From Utricularia gibba (lineage: Eukaryota; Plantae; Magnoliophyta), in contig NEEC01000013.1 of NCBI GenBank assembly GCA_002189035.1, positions 1,426,001-1,490,000 on the forward strand: a stretch of 64,000 nt of DNA, written 5' to 3'. The stretch's first letter is position 1. Each line of letters begins with the position of its first letter. The translations under genes were made by a program, and so were the position numbers. The notes under the pieces are model-generated. The model worked only from the letters and a program-made list of their open reading frames with translations. It did no database searches and had not been told where the DNA came from. Shown here one piece after another: positions 53,401 through 64,000 of this stretch.

Positions 53401-56400
53401 GACGTTTTCCATAGAGAGATATGAAGATGAAGTCCTATGTGATGTTGTTCCTATGCATGCAAGCCATATTCTTCTTGGGAGACCTTGGGAATATGATAGA
53501 AGAGCATTTCATGATGGTTTCAAGAACAAATATTCCTTCAATTATAATGGATGCTCCATCACACTTGCTCCATTATCTCCAAAGAAGGCACATGAAGATC
53601 AAGTCAGAATTCTGAGTGATGCTAGAGGCCTTCATACTGATAATGGAAAGCACAAGGTGGTCGTTCGTAAGGGAAAAGAGATGAGTGAAGTGAAAATGAG
53701 TGAAAAAAAGATGCGAAAAAGTGGAGAAAAAAGAAGAGATGGCAAGGAATTGAGTGGAAAAAAGGATGAAAATGAGCACAAAACAGAGAGTGAAAACATG
53801 AGAGTTTTAGAAATTGAGAGAAAGAATGAGAGTCTATTAGCAAGGCCAAGTGAGATTAGACACTTACTTCATGCTAGGCAACCATTCATTCTACTCATGT
53901 ATAAGGATGAAGTTCCTACTTCACCTAACCATGCTTCATCCATTCCATCTTGTGTTGTGTCTCTCTTACAGGTATATGAAGATGTTTTTCCAGAAGAACT
54001 TCAAGGCTTACCTCCCCTTAGAGGGATTGAGCATCAAATTGACCTTGTCCCTGGAGCACAACTCCCAAACCGACCAGCATACCGAGCCAATCCAGAGGAG
54101 ACGAAGGAAATACAAAAACAAGTTGAGGAATTGGTGTCTAAAGGATTTGTGCGTGAGAGCATGAGTCCTTGCTCGGTGCCGGTGTTATTGGTTCCAAAGT
54201 CTGATGGAACTTGGCGGATGTGCACTGATTGTCGCGCCATCAACAACATCACAATCAAGTATAGACATCCTATCCCTAGACTTGAAGATATGCTTGATGA
54301 ATTGCATGGTGCTTGTGTTTTTAGTAAGATTGATTTGAGAAGTGGATATCATCAGATTAGAATGAAGGAAGGTGATGAGTGGAAAACTGCTTTTAAAACT
54401 AAGTTTGGTTTGTATGAGTGGGTTGTTATGCCTTTTGGGTTAACCAATGCTCCTAGCACCTTTATGAGATTGATGAATCACGTTCTTAGGCCTTTTATAG
54501 GTAGATTTGTTGTTGTTTATTTTGATGATATTCTGATCTATAGTAAAAGTATTGAGGAACATGTAGGGCATTTGAAAGATGTGTTAGATACTCTTAGAAA
54601 AGAGAAGTTGTTTGCTAATATCAAAAAGTGTGTCTTTTGCACAAATAGTCTCTTTTCTTGGATATGTTGTAAGTAATGCAGGAGTAGCTGTGGATGAAGA
54701 GAAAGTAAGAGCAATCAAAGAATGGCCAACACCTACATCAGTGGGTGAAGTTAGGAGTTTTCATGGTTTAGCAAGTTTCTATAGACGGTTTGTTAGGGAC
54801 TTCAGTTCTATAGCAGCACCCCTCACCCAGTTGATCAAGAAAAATCATGCATTTCATTGGGGAGATGAGCAGGAACATGCTTTCAAACAACTCAAGAATA
54901 AGCTTTGCTCAACACCTCTCCTAGCACTTCCAAATTTTTCTGATACTTTTGAAATTGAATGTGATGCATCAGGTTTAGGGATTGGTGCTGTGTTGATGCA
55001 AAAGGGACGTCCACTTGCTTATTTTAGTGAGAAGCTTCATGGTGCCACCCTCAACTATCCAACATATGACAAAGAGTTGTATGCGTTGGTTAGAGCTTTG
55101 GAGACATGGCAGCACTACTTATGGCCTAAGGAGTTCGTGATACACACTGATCATGAGTCTCTCAAACATTTGAAGGCTCAAGTAAAGCTGAATAGAAGAC
55201 ATGCTAAGTGGGTGGAATTCATTGACACATTCCCATATGTGATCAAATACAAGAAAGGTAAGGAGAATGTGGTTGCTGATGCTTTATCTCGAAGGTACAC
55301 TCTCTTAGCCAATCTTGATGCAAGAATTCTTGGATTTACTTCCATCATTGACTTATATGTTCATGATCACGATTTTGGGGATATTTATAAGGCATGTGAA
55401 CTTGCTACATCTGGACTATTCTTCAGGAAAGATGGTTTTCTTTATAGGAAAGATAGGCTGTGCATTCCTTCTTGCTCCATACGTGATTTGATTGTTAGAG
55501 AAGCTCATGGTGGGGGACTAATGGGACATTTTGGTGTTAAAAAGACTTTTGATACTCTCACCCAACATTTCTTTTGGCCACACATGAGAAGGGATGTTGA
55601 AAGAATTTGTTCTAGATGTATCTCTTGTAGGAAGGCTAAATCAACCACTGCCCCTAATGGTTTGTATACTCCACTCCCTACTCCTTCCCAACCATGGGTG
55701 GACATTTCTATGGACTTTGTTTTAGGCTTATCTCGTACCCAAAGGGGTAGAGATTCAATTTTCGTTGTTGTGGACAGGTTTTCAAAGATGGCACACTTTA
55801 TTCCCTGCCATAAAACTGATGATGCATCTCATGTGGCTGATCTCTTCTTTAGGGAAGTTGTTAGACTTCATGGTATGCCCCTAACTATTGTCTCTGATCG
55901 AGATGCAAGGTTTCTTAGTCACTTTTGGAGAGTTCTTTGGAGTAAACTTGGCACTAAGCTGTTATACTCAACAACATGTCACCCTCAAACCGATGGGCAA
56001 ACTGAGGTAACTAATCGCACACTTTCTACCTTACTTAGGATTATGATTAAATCAAATCTTAAGACTTGGGAGGAATGTTTGCCACTTGTTGAGTTTGCTT
56101 ACAATAGAACCATGCATCTGACTACTAAATTATCTCCATTTGAAGTCGTTTATGGTTTTAATCCTCTTACACCTTTGGATATGTTACCTTTGCCTTGTGA
56201 TGAGAAAGTTAGTTTAGATGGCAAGAAGAGAGCTGATGCAATCAGAAGATTGCATGAAAAGGTGAAACAACAGATTGAATGCAACAATGCAAAGTATGCA
56301 TCAGCAGCAAACAAGGGGAGACGCAAAGTTGTATTTGAACCTGGAGATTGGGTTTGGCTTCATCTTAGGAAGGAGAGATTTCCCACAAAGAGAAAGTCCA

Positions 56401-57210
56401 AACTTCTACCTCGTGGAGATGGCCCTTTCCAAGTTGTTGAGCGCGTTAATGATAATGCGTACAAGCTAGATTTACCAGGTGAGTATTCTGTTCATTCAAC
56501 TTTCAATGTTGCTGATTTGTCTCTTTTCGACATGGATACAGATTCAGGGACGAATCTTCCTAAAGAAAGGGGGATGATGAGCCCCAGGAAGATAATGAAG
56601 TGTATTTGAAGAATGATGAGGAGTTTGTTCAAGTGAACAAATTAGAAAGAAAGATGATTCCACCAGGACCAATGACTAGGAGCAAGACAAAGATGGTTGA
56701 AGATACACTTAAGGGTCTACTCAATATCATTGGAATCAAACATGGGCTTGAAGACATCCCATCAAAAGAGCTCAACTACTTGAACACATCCCATCAAAAG
56801 AGCTCAACTACTTGAAGATGGACTTAACTTAGAGCATTGAGCTTGTTAGACTTTTCTATTTCATTTAGTTTGGACTATGTAATGTTAGAGCCCAATTCTA
56901 GAGTATAAATACTCTAGAGATGTACTAATTCATGATCTTTGGTCATTTTATGTATCTTGTGAGGATTCCCCTCTCCTTTGAGTGCTTGAACACTCTTAAC
57001 TTATCAAGCTTTGAGCTTGTGGCGTTCTAGGATTATCACTTCCAATCAATCTCTCTTTTCTGAAGTGTGGCTCCTAATTTTCTTTGTTTCGAAGTCTGGT
57101 TGCAAGAGATTTATTCTCTTGAGGGTAGACTTGGGTGGGTTCTCTTCTAAGCTTCAAAATCACCTCTTTTTTGTGGGTTGCTAATCTCTATAGATTAGAG
57201 GGTCACATCA
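50450..57210 (+). mobile_element. Full-length Ty3/gypsy retrotransposon, CRM (centromeric chromovirus) type, young
   Basis: TG...CA LTRs 50450-51053 (604 bp) and 56575-57210 (636 bp; 3 SNPs plus a 32-bp tandem duplication); TSD GGATA; iMet-type PBS TGATATCAGAGC near 51057; PPT AAAGAAAGGGGGA; CR-motif-like PPGPMTRSKTK encoded inside the LTR. Confidence 0.95.
51884..56609 (+). pseudogene. Gypsy gag-pol (gag, CCHC, protease, RT, RNaseH, integrase) with a frameshift in RT
   Basis: ORFs 51851-54676 and 54612-56609; IIDGGS protease, YFDD RT, CDASG RNaseH, HHCC/DDE integrase, GPF/Y module; frame change near 54645 ([13 protein letters not shown]). Confidence 0.9.
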
Positions 57211-58290
57211 GGATAAGAAGAATCCATAGCGATTCCACAGAGTCCTTTGGAATTGCGGGTGCTCCTTTTCATCAAAATGTATCCTCCATCTCCCCATCCA
57301 GTGCCCCATGAATTCTTAACTATCCAGTATTTAGTCGAACCAGATGTCCCATACCCGACTGCCGTCACGCCATGATCCAACTGCTTGCCGCATGGTCCAG
57401 TGAAGATTCCTCTTTGATAGAACTGGAAAGCGGATCCGGCAGCATCTATGGACACAGAAACGGGTTGGTTCGCCACTGCAGCTAGCAACGCGGACGCGTT
57501 GTCGGCAGGGACGCTCTCGTAGCCGGAGATGGTGGAAACCACCTGTTGGCTTTCGCCGGCATTGCAGGTTCCATCGGCGCCCGTGTATGGATAGTTGGAT
57601 TCGGATGTTATGCCTCCGTTGTTTATGATGTACTGGAATCCGTTTTGCATTTCCCCGCCTTCGCAGCCGTAGTCTGTTTTGTCACAATCCATGAGCTGCT
57701 GCTCAGACAAGGAGATGAGGTTTCCTGTTTTGATTTGGACGATCCCTTCTACTGCAGCTACTGTCGAGAATGCCCAACAACTGCCTGCATCATCCGATAC
57801 ACATTTGTTCGCTATTCAAGATGAAGAGGCTCACAGGAAAAGGGTTAAGAATCTAAGGGTTGATTATCGTACCACACTGGCCTTGATCCTTGACGGGAGT
57901 GACGGCGCCCAATGCCGTCCAGTTGACGCTCGCCGGAAGTTGCAGGGGATCCACATTCGCATAGCGGAACGGGGTGGCGGTGCGGGGCCTAGGCTCATAC
58001 TTGCTTCTAGAAGCACGAAATTCCTCATTGGTTAGATCAGCAAAAGCGTTCTCCCCAAGCATGTAAGAGAGTCCGGCGGCGTTCACAGAATCGATGAACT
58101 CGACATTGCTCTTGAAGATCTGAAACCTCTCAGCCTTCTCTGCTTCGTTCTTGTATACACGGCCATGTCGCTGCATCCATCTCTCGTGTCGAGCTATCAT
58201 CTCGGCCTCGGAGTTTGGTCTGGCCTCAACATGGAAGGCCGATGCAACCAGCAGCGCCAGAACCGCGATGCAAGCAACCTTGAATCCCAT
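57195..58290 (-). CDS. P12: papain-like cysteine protease, 335 aa, sister of P10, with an LTR-derived C-terminus. Exons 58290-57873, 57784-57195
   Basis: DQGQCG|SCWAFS, LDHGV, KNSWG. It ends SYP-DVTL*, with codons at 57210-57195 supplied by the antisense 3' LTR. Confidence 0.9.
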
Positions 58291-59419
58291 TGCTGGAGAT
58301 GCTTCAAATTGTTATACAAGAGAACTTATGTGTGTCAATGTGGAATAGGAAAAGGGTATTTATAGAGTCTAATCCATGGATCAATCAAAAACCCTAGGAA
58401 GTAGGCATGGTATTTTTTTTCCAAATTACTTAAACTGGTCAGTGTCTATGTACAATACAAAACTGTCGACTTCAATGGCACCCAAATTTCAATACAATAT
58501 GCGGAAAATTTGCCTTTTCATCGACAAGTTTTTTTTTTTCTTTTCAAAAACTGCTGAAAAGAGAAAACCTTCCCCTACTCGAAGATCAATCAACATTCAT
58601 TTCGATATGATGTGGTAAAAATTACAGGTTTGAAGATCCTTTTTCTTGAATCCTTCGTCTTTGTTTCCCATGTAGATTTACATATTATATCTTTGTTTCG
58701 AGGGGCATCAAAAGGATAACTTGGTGGAGTTTTCATGTTGGTCCACTGTTTGAATCTTGGCACAAAGCATTTAAGACAAAATTCTAGAATCATTTAAAAG
58801 CCCACAGGACCCTAATCTTTGAGGGTTTCGAATCACATTGCCTAAAAAAGGTGTTCTCAATGTTTGGCCAAAACAACGAATCTTAATATGCACGCCAAAA
58901 GGTTTGGCTCCGAGCTCATTCCATTCTTTGACCAAGTGTTCGGATGTATATGTCACTTGCAGTCGATGAACGTATTTTCCTTTTCCTTAATATAATCAAG
59001 CCATTAATAAGACTAATTCTTTGACGTGGGCCAATGAATCAAACCATTCGTTGACATGGGCCAATGAATCAAACCATCCATTAATATAATCACCCTTGAA
59101 TGAAGCATTTGGCGAATGGTTTTTAATCATATCACTGAGACTAATTCTTTAGTTCACAATAAGATGCTTGGAGTTAAGCAGAGAGTGACCTAATTCGAAG
59201 TTTTAGAGTAGCATCATTGTACTCTACACCAAAGATACTTCTCACACGCATCCTGAATCAAATCGAGTATTCCATCGAGTCCAATGATGTTCGGAAGTGA
59301 TGGAGAAAGATGTGATTAAGAAGGCGATAAAATTATATTATGGAACGTGAAGGATACTCTACTTGTGCCAAATGGAATCAAATATATATGCTCAAACTTC
59401 TTGGCTCTTCAATATAGTG

Positions 59420-61090
59420 ATATGGCCAAGCCCCTAAATTAATTTTGCCCCAACCGAGAATAAAAATGGTCCAGCCCATATATTTAAATGGCCCAGCCCA
59501 GAATTTAACCATGGCCCAACCCATATATTTACATCGCCAAATTCATATAGTGAAATGGCTCTATCAATTAATAAACGGTGCCCAGAATTAACAACGACCC
59601 AGCCCAGATATTAAAATGGACCAGCTCAGACAATATGTTCGCCCAGCCCAGAATTTAAAAATCGTCCAGTCCATCCCAGACCAAAAAATAATGTTGTCCC
59701 AGCCTTAAATTTAAAAATGGTGAAACCCATACAATAATGTTGGCCCACAACAATTTTAACAAAGGCCCACCCAAAGCTTCAATCATGGCCCATACATCTA
59801 GCTAATATGGCCAAGCCCATAAATTAATTGTGGCCACACTAAAATTTAACAATGCTCCAGTCCATATATTCAAACGCCTCAGAGCAGACTTCAACCATGT
59901 TGCCCCAGCCTTGAATTAACAATGGTCCAACCTAAGAAAATAATTGTCGTACAGTCAGTCGCAGCCCGTAAATATGGTCCAGGTCTTATATTGACATGGC
60001 CCATCCGATATTTAAATGTGGCCGATCATATTTGTTCACATGGCACAGACCATTTATTTACAATGAGCTCGCCCAAAAGATAACAATTCTCCAGCTGAGG
60101 ATGAAAGTTAAAGACCAAGAACATGGGCCGGCCCGGCCGGCCCTAAAAACATTGGCCATGGGCCAATATTGATGACCCGAAAGGTTATCCGGCTTTCTGG
60201 CCCGAATCCTGAAGCACTTAGGGTCGATTGGGCTTCTGGCCTTAAAGCCCGACGGGCCTAGGCCCAATTTAAAAATAATTTTTTTATGGATAATAATTAT
60301 AATTATTTTTAATTTTGAATAATTTAAATTCATTTTAGATACATTATTTTATTTTTAGGATAGATAATATAAATTAATAATTTATCTAATAATTTTAATT
60401 TTTTCCATAAATTATTTAAATATAAATAAAATGTATATTAGTATTTAATAATTTTTTAACATTTTTTATTTATTATATGGTTGGCCCGTGGGCCGGGTAG
60501 GGCCAGCCCGGCCTAATTAATAATCGGGCTAGGGCCATGTTAATCAGTTTTATGTAATCGGGCTTTAGACCGGCCCTAGCCCGAAACTTGGCAAGGCCCT
60601 CTGAAATAGGGTCGGGCTGGCCCGGCCCAACTTTCATCTCTATCTCCAGCTAATATATTTAAATGGTGCTGTGCTGACTGTAGCCCAATCCGTATATTAA
60701 TGGTGGCCCAGCCTAAGAATTTACCCATGGCCCAGAATATAACAATGCGTAATTGAATGCTCAACCAGGCTGGAATTTAGCAATGGTTTAGCTCATTTAT
60801 TTAAGTGGCCCAGTCCCGACTTTAACAGACCATATAGGGAAATGGCCAAGCCAATGCTCATATATTAACAATGGTTAAGCCTAGAATTTCAAATGACCAA
60901 GTCCAGATTTTTACCATGATCCAGCCCATATATTGCATGGCCCGATTTAATTTAAATGTAGTTCAAATTTAATCATGGTTCAACCCATGTGTTTTAATGG
61001 CCCAGTCCAAAATTAAAACCATGGCCCAGATCATAAGGTTATGTCGGCCCAGTGCGTAAGATTAATATGACCCAGCCCATAAGTGAATCA
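59420..61090. repeat. Degenerate tandem-like repeat rich in ATGGCCCAGCCC motifs
   Basis: Dozens of loosely spaced TTAA(C)ATGGCCCAGCCCA-like units; a shorter related block at about 41690-41890. Confidence 0.6.
60096..60642. mobile_element. hAT-type MITE, 547 bp
   Basis: TIRs TGAGGATGAAAGTT / AACTTTCATCTCTA; perfect 8-bp TSD TCTCCAGC; GGCCC-rich subterminal repeats. Confidence 0.8.
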
Positions 61091-62298
61091 ACGCCCATAA
61101 ATAACAATAACTTTCTTTACTTCATGTCAACGGATTACTATTTTAATGTGTAAAATAGCAAAGCCCCTACTTTGAAATCTATTTTGATCGCTGATACCCA
61201 TTTATAGGTAATGAAATTAAAAAAATTGTGGTAATGAAACATGTCTTAATAAATAATCATGGTTTGTTAGATATTGTAATATTTATGTTACACTCGCCAC
61301 GTGGATGTCTCCTACAGTTCAACATAAGACCATCCTTTGAAACTCCACCTTCATTGAAAGAGGAGACTTTCATGGATCATCGCGACTCTTTCAAAACAAA
61401 TTTCAAAATAATCACAATTTATAATATATCATAACATTTCTATTGTCCTTGTTTTTGCCATGGAGGACCATAAGACTTTCATGTACCAATGCGATCGGCT
61501 TTGAACGACATTCGTGCTTGATTATTATTATGATTTATTTTAAATTTATTGCTGGTAAAAAAAAATGGAATTCAGGATGCTTATCTGTAGTTTTTTTATC
61601 AATTTACAATATGTCTCTCTAAAAAAAGATAAGCTTTAGAAACGCAACCCTAATAGTTCAAACAAACAAGTTTACTTTTATGAAATATTTTTTTAATGGA
61701 TGAGTTTCATCCCTTCAATAATTTTGAGGGATTCAAACAATCTCTCATAAATCCCCTAATGCACGCAACAACGCTTCAACCCTCTCGGGAGTTTGTTGAT
61801 TGGAATGGAATAAAATAGATTTAATTTACTTGCATTTAAATAAGATGATCTATAATGATTAATTTTTTTAGATAGTGTTTAGTTATTTGAATTAAAAATA
61901 TGATTAAGTGGTATTAAATAAAGTAAAAAAATGATGTAATTTGAAATAAACCAATATATAGGAGATTAAAAAAAAAAGCATATAATTTCAAATTTATTTA
62001 AACTTACTAACTTAAAGTCCTATAATTTATAATCTTATTTCTAAATTCATGTATTGCATCATCCAAATAATACCTCAAATAAAAGAACTCATGAGATTTG
62101 TCTTGAAGACTTCCTCCGCCAACAAGCGTTGGGTAATGAACCAGAAAAGGACAAGTTGTGCCTAACCCGTACGGACGATGAGTGTTGTTGCAAGTTGTAA
62201 GCTGACTTTTTTTTAAAATGAGATGCTCTACAAGTATCCTCTTTCGTGCTCTCTGGATCCCAAACCATCTTCTCCTATTTGATCATTCTAAGAAGCTA

Positions 62299-63764
62299 AT
62301 GGCGTTTAAACTTGTTCTAGTTGCGCTGCTCCTGCTCCTGGCATACCGGGCCGCCGCCGAAGTGGAGCTAGAGGCGGTGATGATCCGTAGACACGAGAAC
62401 TGGATGAAGCAACACGGCCGTGTGTACAAAGATGAAGCGCAAAAGGCCAGGAGATTCCAAATCTACAGAAAAAACATCCAGTACATCAATTCTGTCAATG
62501 CAGCCAATCTCTCTTACGAGCTTGGGGAAAACGCTTTCACTGATCTCACCAATGAGGAATTCACTGCATCCAGGAACGGGTTGATAGTCAATCGCCTCCG
62601 CGATGACTCCCTGTCCAGTTCTGTCAACTTGACTTCCCTAGGGGCTGTTCCGGCCAGTGTCGACTGGAGGGATAAAGGAGCAGCCACTCCTGTCAAGGAT
62701 CAAGGCAACTGTGGTAAGAAACCAAACCAGCTGACACATTTTGCTTAAAGGCATTATGACACTAAGAAGTAAATATATGGTGCAGAGATGCGACCCGTTC
62801 CTTAGGTTAGGAACTGAACGGTTTTTTTATGTTTCTGTGAAATGGTTAGTTTTTTCAGGGTTTTTTCGAACTACTTTAACAATTATTAAAAATATTTAAA
62901 AACAGTTATGAAAATAGAACATGCTTTTCAGATATCCAGAATATATGGAAAATTCATCCCTTTAGTACTTTTTTTAAGGGTGTTTGGAATCATTAAAAAA
63001 TAAAGTCACAGTTCAAATGGTTTCATATTGATTGGAACTGTGGTTTCCCAATTTTAAATATCTGGAATCGGCTCAAAACCATTTCTGATTCGGAAACTGA
63101 AACCGTACGGACACTTATATCTCCAAACTGAACCGGAACCGGTTTGAACCCATTATACCTCTAATATTGTGATCATTGAATTGCAGGAAGTTGCTGGGCT
63201 TTCTCAGCTATAGCAGCGGTGGAAGGGATAACCCAAATTCGAAAAGGCACGCTATTATCATTATCAGAGCAGGAGCTCGTCGATTGTGACAGATCAAATT
63301 CCGGTTGCAAAGGTGGATGGATGGAAGATGCATTCTTATTCATCAAGAAAAATGGAATTGCAAGCGAATCCAACTACCCGTATAGGGGCAATAGAGGCCC
63401 ATGCCGGATCGCCAGAACGAAACCAATTGCAGCCACTGTCACCGGATACGTGAATGTTCCATCCAACAAAGAGGCATTACTGAAAGTGGCAGTGGTGAAT
63501 CAACCTGTTTCCGTCGCCATTGAGGGGAGTGGACGAGCTTTTCAGTTTTATAAACGTGGAATTTTCAGCGGACCATGTGGCAAGAAACTGGATCATGCTG
63601 TGACAATTGTGGGATACGGTGTTAATGGAACCACACAGTTTTGGATAGCGAAGAACTCATGGGGCACCAGTTGGGGTGAGGCTGGATACATTCGCCTCAA
63701 GATTGGTGTTGGTGCCTCAGGAGTTTGTGGGGTTGCCTCGCTTCCTTCTTACCCAACGGCTTAA
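62299..63764 (+). CDS. P13: papain-like cysteine protease, 330 aa, basic mature domain. Exons 62299-62713, 63187-63764
   Basis: Start MAFKLVLV; DQGNCG|SCWAFS, LDHAV, KNSWG; 473-bp intron containing AACCG-rich MITE-like sequence. Confidence 0.95.
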
Positions 63765-64000
63765 TGATCCGAACCAGCGACAAAGCATGATCGGAGGTAA
63801 CGAATTAATCAAGTTTAAGGAATGTAATAACATGCAAGGCAGTCTGCTTTTGTCTCTCGCCACCCAACCTTGCTTTAGCACGATATTTTTCAAATATCTA
63901 ATTTTTATGGTTTTACGTTATTTGACAAAAAAATCTTGTGTAAGATTAGAAGAGTATTTTTATTTAAATGCATCTTCTTCCCTATCTTTAATTAATATGG

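Noticed and set aside
3064-58365. Many 60-150 aa ORFs antisense to or out of frame with the protease exons (for example 3064-3429, 7606-7893, 18802-19257, 28575-28946, 39646-39963)
   Set aside because: They are shadows of GC-rich coding sequence, recur only because the genes are duplicated, and have no independent motifs.

Overview
Plant (probably eudicot) nuclear DNA dominated by a tandem array of 13 two-exon genes for secreted papain-like cysteine proteases (MEROPS C1A, SAG12-like; called P1-P13 here in coordinate order). All share one phase-1 intron inside the Gly codon of the active-site motif QGxCG|xCW. P1 and P13 are on the + strand and P2-P12 on the - strand. Ten genes look intact and catalytically complete, and P6 has a 1-bp frameshift. 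P7 and P8 are full-length open genes whose catalytic Cys is replaced by Ser and whose oxyanion-hole Gln is replaced by Glu, so they are candidate pseudoproteases or Ser-type variants. Two 3' remnants of a P9/P11-type gene record the duplication breakpoints. A four-exon Lin0512-family gene borders the array on the left. TEs include a 6.8-kb CRM-type Ty3/gypsy element that rewrites the C-terminus of P12, a 5.1-kb decayed Ty1/copia element with TA...TA ends and a tRNA-Phe primer site just downstream of P11, two solo LTRs, a TRIM-like element, three hAT MITEs, a Tourist-like MITE and a MULE. Most have a visible target-site duplication, and many have an empty site in a sister duplication unit. All alignments and counts were done by eye with no database searches, so species and function assignments are inference.
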